Positions 12,330 through 24,549 of a DNA stretch of 64,000 nt are shown here, in pieces. The translations under genes and the position numbers were made by a program. Every line of letters starts with the position of its first letter. Position 1 is the first letter of the stretch. The notes below the pieces were generated by a model. The model did no database searches and had not been told where the DNA came from. It saw only the letters and a program-made list of their open reading frames with translations. This stretch comes from Octopus sinensis (lineage: Eukaryota), in NCBI RefSeq assembly GCF_006345805.1, contig NC_043015.1:18724001-18788000 (forward strand), read 5' to 3'.

Positions 12330-13170
12330 AAAAAATTTGGACCTGAACTAGGGGTTTTTGACATACAGAATCCAAAAGTGACATGCATTTATTTCCACCG
12401 CGTCAAGATTTTAAGACATTGTACCCAGATAATTCCATTGTTCTTCATTCAACAGCTTATGAGGAACAAAGCATAATATACAAACACACAGAAATAGGTT
12501 TTTCTTCAAAATCAGAATACTTTCTTAAAATTGTGTTGAAAAACTAGTGAAAATCTCAAAATTCTACGAACAAATTACATCATTGCCTACTTTCCATGAA
12601 TTTGCGTTTGGTTGATTTCCTTGAGAGTTGAAACTCAGGAAGATGACAAGCTAAGTTCCATTGAATTCATTGCATTGAATTTACGAAGTTCTCATCTTTC
12701 ATCAAATTTGTAATTCGAGGCCCAACAAATACTCCAGCTTTTATATTTTCACTGTTCAAACCGGGAAATGTGCTGCAGACAGTGAAAGCACGCACCTTCT
12801 TTATCAAGAGCTTTAACCACCTACTTCATGATTTCCTGGTTGAACTAAAGGCTCTTCAACCACATCAGAAGACCCTGGAACTAATTTTTTCTGTGGCCAT
12901 TCTTTGGTCACCCATTGTTGTCCTCAGGCTCTTCTGTCCTACATATATAGAAGTATTGATATTTGGAGTATCCACTTTGTTACACCGGGAGAAAATTGAC
13001 CATCTTAAAGTCCACGCATATCACCCATTAGTGATTGAAGGTGGTGATGGTGGCAGTGGGTGTCTTGAAATCTAGACGTGATGGTAAAAAATAGATTCCG
13101 CTTTTGGATTCAAATCAGGTTTAAACGTCATGACAGGAAAATACTCGTGGATGTTTGTAATTTTTTCTGA
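12330..13170 (-). mobile_element. Degraded DNA transposon relic, transposase fragment resembling Chapaev3 (CMC) type
   Basis: Minus-strand translation EWPQKKLVPG..VVEEPLV / MK.VVKALDKEGACF / FPGLNSENIKAGVFVGPRITNLMKDENF with stops and frameshifts; family assignment from memory of the motif. Confidence 0.55.
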
Positions 13171-13190
13171 AGCGTGAAGTCATCTGCAAA

Positions 13191-13742
<552 letters not shown>

Positions 13743-13744
<2 letters not shown>

Positions 13745-14120
13745 ATAATAAGATGAGAGAATAGAAAGGTAATTAATAAATTATTATTTATTAAATAAAA
13801 AATTGACAAACATCCCTTACAGTTGTTTCAATTCAGGCTTTCAGAAAATTAATAAATTAAATTAAAAATCATTGACAGTTGAATCTCTTCTGAGGCAGAT
13901 AAAGGTATACAAAGTAGGTGTTCAATTTCCTCATATTGAGTAAACGTCTGCAATCCGTTAGCTAAAAAAAAATTATTAGTTAACTTTCAAATGATTTTTA
14001 ATTTAATTAATAAATTTTACGAGAGCCTGAATTGAAACACCTGTAAGGGATGTTTGTCAATTGTTTAATTAATAAATAATAATTTATTAATTACCTTTCT
14101 ATTCTCTCATCTTATTATTA
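13743..14120. repeat. Fold-back element: ~130-bp imperfect inverted arms around a ~100-bp spacer
   Basis: taataataagatgagagaatagaaaggtaatt... at 13743 is the reverse complement of ...aattacctttctattctctcatcttattatta ending at 14120. Confidence 0.85.
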
Positions 14121-14348
14121 TAATAAATAAAATATATATAAACCACGGTTTATATAGTTATCTTGCAATGGAATATTAAATAGAATGTCCAATACTCTTT
14201 GTATAGGTAATTAACCAGTACTTTCATAGGATTTTGCTTAATTGTGCTTCTATATATATATAGAATTGAAAGACTTCGCCAGGTGGTGCTATTAAGTTAG
14301 ACATGGCCTGGGCCAATACTGGCCAAAACCTTTCTAAGTTATTCTAAG

Positions 14349-14386
<38 letters not shown>

Positions 14387-14518
14387 ATGTGTATATATAT
14401 ATATATATATATACATATATGTATACATACGTACGTATATACATACATATATAGATAGATAGATAGATACATACATACATACATACTACATGCATACACA
14501 CACACACACGCATATATA

Positions 14519-14556
<38 letters not shown>

Positions 14557-14559
14557 TAT

Positions 14560-15190
14560 ATTGCTGTAGTTAATGACACTTGAGATGTCGTTTATATAGA
14601 CTATAAGGAGAAACGGTCTCAGAACAGTCCCTTGAGGAATATCACTGGTGACTTGTGCTGGGCTTGAGTGGATTCCACCGATCGCAACTTGTGTTCTGTT
14701 CACTAGGGACTACTTAATCCAATGCAGATTTTACCATAAATTGCAATATGGGCCAATTTTAACAAGAGGATGTTGTGGCCAACTCTGTCGAAGGCTTTGC
14801 TGAAATCAAAGTATATGACATCGGAGTTCAAACCTGATTCCAAAGTTTTAAGAACATTATCAATGTGAGGTAAAAACTGCGAAAGCCATGCTAGTTGACA
14901 TTTAGAAGGTTGTGACTCTCCAAGAACCCAGTTATCCTTGATTTCATCACTCTTTCAAACACTTTGATAAGATGAGGTGAGGCAGATTGGGTAAGAATTA
15001 TCTGCAAGAGACCTATTTGCCATTTTGTAGATCAGGATGATAGATTGGAATAAGAAATGTTTCGGTATATAGTCTGAGTCTAAAGAATTTCTCAAAATGT
15101 TGGTTAGACGGATTGCAAGTTGGTGTCTATATTCCTTCATGACACTAGCAGGAAACCCTTGCGCATATTGAAAAGTCACCACTTTTTATG
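14560..15190 (-). pseudogene. CR1/L2-type LINE reverse transcriptase fragment
   Basis: Minus strand YFDFSKAFDRVGHNILL and [22 protein letters not shown] motifs, interrupted by stops. Confidence 0.75.
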
Positions 15191-16504
15191 GAGGCAATAC
15201 TAGTATCTCATAGCATTTGTTAAATATAGAATAACTGATATTACAACAGTAACTTCCACCTAGCTGTTGTTGTGTAGCCTTAGGTCAGTCCTAATAGAGA
15301 TGAACTATGCTCAAGAGCGTTCCAGTTGACAACACCCTATGTTTTTCTTCTTTTTGGGGGTGGGGGGTGGAGAGGATATTATACACCCTTTCTTTTTAAT
15401 GTGATAGATTTTAATCTGAGATCTGACTGAATACTGGAAGTATTTAATCTAAAGCCTATTAGAGCCAATGAGGGTTAGGTGTCTTGATCATCATAGTGTC
15501 AAGACACGGACTGGCTATTCTGAGCCAGACAGTATACCGATTCGACCAGCTGCTACCAGTGCCTGAATGTCTTAAGTCTACGTTTGTACATTGGCTTCAT
15601 TTTTACTGGCATACTGTTATGAAGTTCTCAACAAATGAAGTTAAGACATTCGATTAGTACTTTTCGTAAAATGTAAACAGCTGTGTCATTGCTAATTTCA
15701 AAAGACAACAAAACATTTTCTGATATGGGCAACTTTATTTTTTTATTGCCTTTCATCTTTTAAATTACTTGAATTAAATTTCATGCTTATATTAAAACGA
15801 ACTCCGTCACAACATGCGGCCACTTAAAATGTTATAGGTCTAACTGATATTCAAGTGCATAACAAATTTGTTTATTTTGCCTTTTTTATGTTGTAAGCAA
15901 ATCTAAAAAAATATGCTACTGTAGAAAACAAATGTAGAACCAATATCACTAAATACTAGTGTAATATGTCCTTTTGTAAATACTTATAAAGTTTTTAGTA
16001 AATAAAATTTATTAATAAGAGGATGTATATTTTCATTTCTCTATATTCGGCATTTAACCCATCCACCCTCACAAAGTCAACTTTCCTGCTATGAATGAAA
16101 TAATAGTATGATAATTGTTAACCACTCGGCTTATCTTGAATGGGAGACAACTTTGTTTCCTGGCCAAACATCCTTGGGAAATACAGGAAAATCAAAACTT
16201 CCTCCAAAACTAAAATATGAAACCCCTAATTTTCGGATCAGAATTTTTATACCCAGAAATAAATATTATTCTGTTGGACAATATTTATTGAAATAAATAT
16301 TGAAACAAAATACTGTTCCACTAGAAAATATTTATTATTATGAAGATCACTGTTATTAACATTGCTTATTATGCAGGGTAAAATTTGAATTCGACGACGG
16401 CACTGTGAAATAAGTAGGAAATGTTTAGATATTTGAGATTATTGTTAGATATTCTCAAGAAGCTAACATTTTTTAGAATGAAATATGACCAATTTTATAC
16501 ACTT

Positions 16505-16908
16505 CAGTGGCTGTGTGGTAAGTAGCTTGCTTATTAACCACATGGTTCCGGGTTCAGTCCCACTGCGTAGCACCTTGGGTAAGTGTCTTCTACTATAGCC
16601 TCGGGCCGACCAAAAGCCTTGTGAGGGGATTTGGTAGTCGGAAACTGAAAGAAGCCCGTTGTATATATGTATATGTATATATATATATGTGTGTGTGTAT
16701 GTGTTTGTGTGTCTGTGCTTGTCCCCCAAACATCGCTTGACAATCGATGCTGGTGTGTTTACGTCCCCGTAACTTAGCGGTTCGGCAAAAAAGACCGATA
16801 GAATAAGCACTAGGCTTACAAAGACTAAGTCCTGGGATCGATTTGCCCGACTAAAGGCGGTGCTCCAGCATGGCCACAGTCACATGACTGAAACAAGTAA
16901 AAGAGTAA
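16505..16908 (+). mobile_element. SINE family 1, full-length copy with internal (TA)/(TG) microsatellite
   Basis: tggctgtgtggtaag A-box, ggttcagtcc B-box, core domain, tail ...catggccacagtcacatgactgaaacaagtaaaaga. Confidence 0.85.
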
Positions 16909-17262
16909 TCTTGAAATTATCTCCCCTTCTCAACTACTGGTCTATCACCTATGGACAGAATCACTCTCAAGAACTAATGGAGCTGATTGAAGATTACAGC
17001 AAAACTTCTAGGAAATATGGTAATATCGTTGTGAGTTATGCTTTTTTCGTAGTTTGGATACCCGGTCAAAAAAAAAAACAAGCCTTTTTTTTACTTATTT
17101 GGGGAATGCATTAACTTTACAGTAGCCCGATATTCTAATAACATATAGCCTTGTGCTAAATGAAGGAAATCAATACTTAGAAATGGAAGTAACAACAAGA
17201 TTTCTCAATCAGTTAAGCAAAATGATAAGATATTTAATAGTGGATCAAACCAAAGAATTGTA

Positions 17263-17298
<36 letters not shown>

Positions 17299-17537
17299 GT
17301 ATTGTTCAGGAGAACATTACTTTAAAGTAAAACACGACGTATGCAATTACATCGCTATATCAATCTGTCTACGTCATTGTAAAATTATTTTTTCTCCTTA
17401 ATAGATTCTTTACGGAATTTCAGATGTGGTGGTGGTGATGGTGGGGGTGGGGATAATTGATTCGATAATCTATTTATTGGCAATGAACACATGACAAAGA
17501 GAGAAAAGAGCTGATCGATTCTGTATTAAATTCACAG

Positions 17538-17563
17538 ATAGACAGACAGACTGACAGACAGAC

Positions 17564-17643
<80 letters not shown>
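17538..17643. repeat. (GACA)n/(GATA)n microsatellite
   Basis: Directly visible. Confidence 0.95.
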
Positions 17644-17778
17644 GCAGCATATTTTAGGTCTTCTCTGCAAAAAATAAAAGATTTAGAGGGCGCGATCCTT
17701 ATAAATTCATGCTAACATATACTAACACATATTTAAAGGAACATTTTGTGTATAAATATGTGAACACACACACATATA

Positions 17779-17821
<43 letters not shown>

Positions 17822-17836
17822 TATGCATATATATAT

Positions 17837-17908
<72 letters not shown>

Positions 17909-17917
17909 ATTCTAAAG

Positions 17918-18236
17918 ACTCCGCCGGTTACGACGACGAGGGTCCCAGCTGATACGATCAACGGAACAGCTTGCTCGTGAAATTAACGTGCAAATGGCTG
18001 AGCATTCCACAGACACGTGTACCCTTAACGTAGTTCTCGGGGAAAATCAGCGTGACACAGAGAGTGACAAGGCTGACCCTTTGAAATACAAGTACAACTC
18101 ATTTTTGCCAGCTGAGTGGACTGGAGCAACGTGAAATAAAGTGTCTTGCTCAGGGACACAACGCGTCGCTGGGAATCGAACTCACAACCTTACGATCATG
18201 AGCCGAATGCCCTAACCACTAAGCCACGCGCCCTCA
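17918..18236 (-). mobile_element. tRNA-derived SINE family 3
   Basis: Minus strand head gtgagggcgcgtggcttagtggttaggg...gagttcgattccc; 3' half shared with the SINE at 47103-47492. Confidence 0.8.
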
Positions 18237-18243
18237 CTTATAT

Positions 18244-18451
18244 ATAATTAATCCAAGCATGAAAACACAAAGAGAAAACGCAACAACGCGAGGACGTGGA
18301 ACAAATATAGTATTATTGGACGCTCAGGAAGGAAGGGAAGAAGGAGGGTTTTACGTTTCGAGCGGAGCTCTTCGTCAGAAACATAGGAAAAAAAGATCCT
18401 GAGAAGGGAAGACGGAGGGAAAAAAATCGGCAACGGTACACACGCGGTCAC
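18244..18451 (-). mobile_element. Short (~200 bp) hammerhead-bearing solo pLTR-like element, family E
   Basis: Reverse complement of the copy at 28590-28782; flanked by TA-rich tracts. Confidence 0.7.
18348..18382 (-). ncRNA. Minimal type I hammerhead (family E)
   Basis: gttt-CTGACGA-a-gagc-tcc-gctc-GAAA-cg-TA-aaac; palindromic ACGU stem III. Confidence 0.7.
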
Positions 18452-18458
18452 ATTTTGA

Positions 18459-18493
<35 letters not shown>

Positions 18494-19339
18494 ATATATG
18501 TATATACACATATATATATAAGAAAAATAAGTGAAATTAGGTAAAAAGAATGATTTAAGTAGGTCAATGACATGAATTTAACCAAATAAGCTTAGGAACC
18601 ATAGAATGTATGGCGTACTTAAAAAAAGCTCAATTGATATATCCTTCTCAGTTGAACAGAGAAAACAAAAAGCTAACATTAATTGTTAGCGAATGTTAGT
18701 TTCAAGATATTAAGAATAAATGTCACAAAAAAATATCCTCATTCCGAGGCGAAAATCTGATTATTGCTTGCAAGTAAGAGAGATAGCTACGATCATGTTT
18801 TAGTCTTATTGAACATCATCAGCACAGCAGATTCTACTTCAGTTTGCTTTGACTAATTGGACAAGTTTTTATATATAAAAAGAAATTACGCAGAGTATTT
18901 GAATGTTAGTAATTTAAAAAAATGTTATTAGAAAGCAACTCAAGTTATGCAATAACATATAAATAAATAACAGCGTACAGAATAACGGACGCAAGAAAAT
19001 TTCAAATTAATTGAAATTACCCTTCAGTAGTAATCATTAATGAATCTCAAAGAGCCTGGGAGACAATTTCGGGAAATTGAGAATTAAATTTTCCAAAATT
19101 AATTTATATGCCTAGGGTAAATCATATTCTTTGTTTGTAGGGAAGGCGACAGTTACGCACAGGATAATGTTTTCTATCACCAACTAACACAAACTTTCAT
19201 TTAACTGAGAAGTTTTTTGTATGTCATTCAGTACGTCATACCATAACATTTTTACAAATAAATACCTATACCCCCCATATATATATATATGTACAAAGAC
19301 ATACACACAGACAGACACACACACACACACACACACACA

Positions 19340-20275
19340 AATTTTAAATATCATTGCAATACAATAGTACCACTTTTCAGCCAAATAAAGCACCGTACAA
19401 GCAGAATTATAAATAGGAATTAGTGGTACGACAAAACACCGATGTTTGCTGGAAATAACAGTCGATAACGATACGTCACTATGTTAAGCTTCACTGAAAT
19501 ATATACTGGCGAAGATGTATGTGAGCAGCGAACATAAAAACATTTTCATTTTATCTCCAGGCAGAACATAGTAAAAATAGACAACCCAGAATTGATAATC
19601 TAGTACCCGAGTTTTGGACTTTCGAAAATACGGTTGTTATCGTAAATTTGATTCGTCCTCACCTGCTAGATTCACCTGTGACGAAAATTGTAAAATATCT
19701 CTACATCTTGCCAGTATATTCGGCCGAACGCTTAGCCGTTAACAACCGAGATCAGTGAAAAAGTTTTCTATAAAAATTGTGTCCCATTCAAGATAATCCG
19801 AGTGGTTAACACTTATCTTAAAAAATTTAAATATTGCAATACGATAGTATCCCTTTCCAGCCAAATAGAGCACCGTACAGGTAGAATTATAAATAAGAAA
19901 TAGTATTACGACAAGGCACTAATGTTTGCTGGAAATAGCGGTCGATAACGATATAACGCCATGTAAAACTTCACTAATATCGGTTGTTAACGGCTAAGCG
20001 TTTATCCGAATATACTAGGAAGATGTAGAAATATTTTACAATTTTCGTCACAGGTGAATCTAGCTGATGAAGACTAATCAAATTTATGATAACAACCGTT
20101 TTTTCGAAAGTGCGAAACTCGGGTCCTAGCTTATCAATTCTGGGTTGTCCATTTTTACGATGTTCTACCTAGAGGTAAGACGAAAATGTTTTTATGTTCG
20201 CTGCTCGCATACATCTTCACCAGTATATATTTCAGTGAAGCTTTACATAGCATCGTATCGTTATCGACTGCTATT
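19340..20275. mobile_element. Decayed hammerhead-bearing tandem repeat family C: ~480-bp unit, 1.3 copies on minus strand plus an inverted segment (19976-20275)
   Basis: ttgcaatac at 19354 and 19834; 19976-20275 mirrors ~19465-19755; HHR relics at 19597-19672 (-) and 20057-20132 (+). Confidence 0.7.
20057..20132 (+). ncRNA. Type I hammerhead relic, family C (core intact, stem II eroded)
   Basis: ctag-CTGATGA-agact...agtgc-GAAA-ctcggg-TC-ctag. Confidence 0.55.
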
Positions 20276-21006
20276 GTGTGGGGAAAGTGAGGGAAGATTG
20301 GGATGTTCGAATAGAATAGAGAACAGAGAAAGACAGGTTACAAGGGGATGGGAGCAAGTAAGGTAGTAGTAGTAGCGGGTATTGTGTTGCAAAATTTGAG
20401 AGAAGGATAGTCACAAACATGGGTCAGCACCCATTGCCATATTAGCTTTGTATATAGGTCAAACATTCTCCCGCCAATGTGATGAAATTTGATAAGGGTT
20501 TTTCATGGACGTGATTCAGTCTAAGACAGTAATTTTCAGTTTTAATCTAGCATAGTGGGGGAATAATGTTAGAGTGCGAAGGATTCTTGTTTTATTCATA
20601 TAATAAACGTAATGAAAGGTCTTATTATCAGGGTATAAATATCGATATATTTAGAGATGTTACAAGTAGGGTGAATGACTACTGGAGACAGTTGTGAGCC
20701 AAATTTGTTCTAATATAGTAATTAAATGTAATGACCATTATTTTAAACTTGTTTCTTAAATATCACTCTCTGTAAAAAAAAGCCTAGTTTATCTGAAGTC
20801 CATCCACCGATTTACAATATAGAATTGTGAGGAACCGTAACTTGGGACCCTACCAAAAGATTACTTGGAGTTCTCCACTAATCTAAGTAATATAGTTTGC
20901 CTGGAGAGCTTATAAAGTATTATGCCCGGATTTACAATCCCTCACTATTTGCTACACACACACACACACACACACATGGTGGTTATCTACTCCTTATGCA
21001 GAGTAC

Positions 21007-21339
21007 CTATACCTTAGAACGATCACAGCAGCTGATGTGGCTTTTCAAACTAGACAATGTTTTGAAAAGACACCCACATAGATTGCAGATCCGATTTGGA
21101 TCACCAAGAGCTGCAGATAAGTTCTGATTTTTGTGGATCTTAAAATGTCTTTTGAGGCCTCCGTTAGATTTGCAAACCTTCCGGCATACATTGCATTGAA
21201 AGGTGTGCACAGACATATAGGCAGAATAGTTGGTGGAGATTCGCTTTTCGCGGCTTCGCAGATGAGACTTGAGTGTAGCGAAAGAAAGGCATAGTCTGTG
21301 ACAAACTGTGCACAGAAAACGGTCACATATATATATCGT
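21007..21339 (-). CDS. Open frame with three C2H2-like zinc fingers (exon of a ZNF gene or a LINE C-terminal tail)
   Basis: Extending the listed ORF upstream in frame gives CTVCHRLCLSFATLKSHLRSR, CNVCRKVCKSNGGLKRHFKIH, CNLCGCLFKTLSSLKSHISCC; a ttttacag acceptor precedes it. Confidence 0.5.
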   Translation of the reverse strand, partial: TIYICDRFLCTVCHRLCLSFATLKSHLRSREKRISTNYSAYMSVHTFQCNVCRKVCKSNGGLKRHFKIHKNQNLSAALGDPNRICNLCGCLFKTLSSLKSHISCCDRSKV

Positions 21340-21399
21340 CTGTAAAAATATAAATCCAAAAGAAGCACACTCTAAGTTACAGAGTAGTATATATTAGAA

Positions 21400-22963
21400 A
21401 TGGGGAAGGCCGGTTTATGGGATTACCTCAGGTTTCCCGTCCATAAAGGGTTTAGCTTTATGGCGTATCGTCAGATCCCAAAACCTGTTGACTCAAGACC
21501 TCTTTAAGCCTCACTATTCAAAAGTACCAATGGGAAATATATCCTTTGGTTATCGGTTATCGACTTCCAGCTGTACCGCCATCTTGTGGGTTCCAAAAGG
21601 CTAGCAGAAACCTCCTGAAATGTAAACATGGCCCAAAAATATCCGTTCAGGAGTTAAGGATGTTCCCTAGTTCGTGGGAATCCTTTAAAATTATCGCCCG
21701 TTCAGCTATGCATAATTTGCAATATTTTGTCCCGTTGATATTGGGGCCTGGGTTCTCGAGGATTTTCCATGAGATCGAGTATGGAATCCCATCGTCTCTC
21801 AGTTGCCAGAGGTGGCTGGCCAGTGAACATCCAATGTATCTCCATGGTCGTGTGTTGTCGGCGCTGTATCTGTATCTGCTGGTGTTGCTGTTGTTGTTGC
21901 CGCCATCATCGTTGTTGCTGGTGTTGGCGTCGCTGGAGGTGGTGGGGGTGGTGGTGTCGGTATCACCACAGCCGGTGATGGTGAAGGTGCTGTTGTTGTT
22001 ATTATGGTCTTCGTCATTGGTGGAAGAGTTACCTTTGCTGCTAGGGATGTCATTAGCTGTGGTTCTGCTGGTATTTCTGCTAGGGCCACTGTCGCTGCTG
22101 CTGCTGTTGTTGCCATTATCGCTATTATTGTCGTTATAGCTGGCGGTGGCACTGGACCTGTTGTTGCTGCTATAGGGACTGTCAGGTCTGCTTCTGTGAA
22201 CGTTAAGGAAGCTGTTCGTAATGCTGCTGCTGATGGCGATGTTGATGTTGTTGTTAGTGTCGATGCTGTTGGGGGAACTGCCAATGATTTCGCTGGTGCT
22301 GTTACTGTTATTGTTGTTAATGTTGTCAACTGTGGCGATGGTGGCGGCGTTGCTGGTTCTGTTCCCGTATCAACGGCTGCTGCTGCATCTACTAGTAGTA
22401 TTGCCATGGTTTGCTAGTACTTCGGCTTCATAGACAATCCATTTGGCTTTGCAGTGGCCTCCCACCGAGCATTTGTTGCGGCCCCTGCATGAACATCTTG
22501 TTTCCTCCCATGGCCTAGGGGCGCTAACAAGAATGCTCTTAATATTGAGGGCACAGCTAAAAGAGGCTCTAACGTTGTACCTGTTGAAAATGGGCCCGTA
22601 CTTATGGGAGCTAGTGAAATGCTTATCATTTAATTTAAGCAATATTCCACCAACGGGCATTTTTGTGTTAAGAGACAAAGTGGGGCAAACCAAATGGTAT
22701 TTCAGCGGCGCTTACTTCCGCGGTTGTTGGGTTCCGGTATGTAGGAGATGCGGTCACTAAATCCGCAAGCAGCTAGGGCCTCGTTATAGTAAGGAGCTGC
22801 TGCATCGAAAATAACTTGGTTGGAGGAAAGGTTCGCGATCCTCTTACTAACATCCTTCACCAGGGCGGGTGGTAGGAGGCTGTGTTGATGCACGTTAGCC
22901 TTTCGTTTAGTTTGCGGCAGGGCTTATATGTACTGGAGTCCAAGTCGAGCGCGATGTCTAAGA

Positions 22964-22965
<2 letters not shown>
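21400..22965 (-). mobile_element. Penelope-like element 3' remnant, probably Naiad clade (RT thumb, Cys linker, GIY-YIG)
   Basis: FLDIALDL..YKPCRK..YHPP..SKRIANLSSN..IWFAP..DKHF..IFNRYNVRASFSC..CSCRGRNKCSVGGHC..IVYEAEV..YIG..LASHLWQL..WKILE..CKLCIAE; stops and frameshifts. Clade assignment from motif memory. Confidence 0.8.
21418..21480 (-). ncRNA. Type I hammerhead in the pLTR of the Naiad-type PLE
   Basis: tgggat-CTGACGA-tacg-ccataaag-ctaaacc-ctttatgg-acgg-GAAA-cctgagg-TA-atccca. Confidence 0.75.
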
Positions 22966-23000
<35 letters not shown>

Positions 23001-23556
23001 AAGAGAGAAAGAGAGAAATATGTTCCCATACACTTTACATGACACATCTTAATACATCTGTAAACGAGACATTTGTCTCCAAGGTCCAAAGTGTTCCAGA
23101 CAGCTATAAAAAATATAGTTTCATATTTACAATGTAGATATATGTGTAATACGTTTTTAGTCCTCGATACACCCTTATATATTTCAATGTGCTTGGTTCG
23201 AGTTATAAACTGGTCTTAAAAAAGACAGGATTATGGTCTCAAGCTATTACGTGTAACAACTGTGTCTGAGTCAACATAAAACGAACTGGAATCTTTTGGA
23301 TTGAAAAAGGTGAAGGTTGCCCGTCGGACTCGAGCCTACATCTCCTGCAGACGTGACATGTCGACAGATGTCGATTCCAGTCCCACAAGTAGCTTTCGAG
23401 TTTTTCTATTCAAAAGGCTTTTCAGTTTAACATTTACTATTATCTGTAGCTTTATATACTTCGAGATCTGAAAAAGAATTATATATATGTATGTGTGTGT
23501 GCTGTGTATGCATATATATATATCTATATATCTATTATATACTATATATATGTATG

Positions 23557-23593
<37 letters not shown>

Positions 23594-23690
23594 CGGGAAG
23601 CTTTATGAAAATAAACAAAAGACGAAGGCAGGTGGAAAACAAACGAACAATTGTATTAGTATGGCGCTCAGGAAATATAAATAAAACAAG

Positions 23691-23728
23691 TCTTTAACGT
23701 TTCGAGCCTACGCTCTTCAACAGAAAGA
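23691..23728 (-). ncRNA. Minimal hammerhead variant (CUGUUGA core) in the 3' pLTR
   Basis: tcttt-CTGTTGA-a-gagc-gtag-gctc-GAAA-cg-TT-aaaga; palindromic AACGUU. Confidence 0.6.
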
Positions 23729-24549
23729 TACACATAGAGAGAAAAACACAGAAAGAAGGAGATAAAAAAAATGCGTGCAGTAGCTAACGAATCAACATGG
23801 CGATCTGATTTCGGCCAGAGGTCAAAGATCAAACATGAGACGCGAGAGCGAAATAAGGGGAGATAATAGGGTTGATAAAAGGGTTGAGGGACCAGCTAAA
23901 AGTGCGTGGGAGGGGTCTGGATGTGTGTATGTATAGGGTTGGTGTATGTATTAGTATGTATAAGGGTGTGTGTGTGTGTATGAGAGAGTATTAGTGCGTA
24001 AGATTGGTCTGGACGTGCGTATGTATGGGGTTGGTGTATGTATTAGTATGTATTAGTATGTATTAGTACGTATTGGTATGTATAGGTGTGTGTGTGTGTG
24101 TGAGAGAGAGTATAAGTGCGTATGCGGGGTCTGGACGTGTGTATGTATAGGGTTGGTGTAAGTATTGGTATGTACTGGTATGTATTAGTACGTATTAGTA
24201 TGTATTAGTTGGTGTGTGTATTAGTATGGCACATCATATGTGATGTGATGTGTAAAGTCATGTGGTGTAGTGAGGAGAAGAGGGGGAGGGGGAGAAGAGG
24301 GGGGAGAGAAGGCGAGGGGAAGAAGAGGGGGAGGAGAAGGGGGAAGAGGAGAGGATGGGGGAGAAGGAAGGGGAGGAGGGGGATGAAGGAGGAAAGAGGG
24401 AGAGGGGGAGAGAGGGAGTGAGGGAGCAGAGGGAAGGGGAAGAGGGAGGGAGAAAGAGGGAAGAGGGAAGGGGAGTAGGGGTGAAAGGATGAAGGACTGA
24501 AGAAGTAGGGGTCGGGGGGAGAAGGATAGGTGAGGAGGGGGAGAGGGGG

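Noticed and set aside
18780-18830. Minus-strand CTGATGA near gactaaaacatg
   Set aside because: No GAAA and no stem I.
22370-22720. In-frame TGA codons in the Naiad-type ORF as selenocysteine
   Set aside because: The TGA at KRR*NT (and LNS*TD further 3') aligns to an Arg position (CGA>TGA decay); none falls at a Cys motif, no SECIS was recognised, and the copy is otherwise frameshifted.
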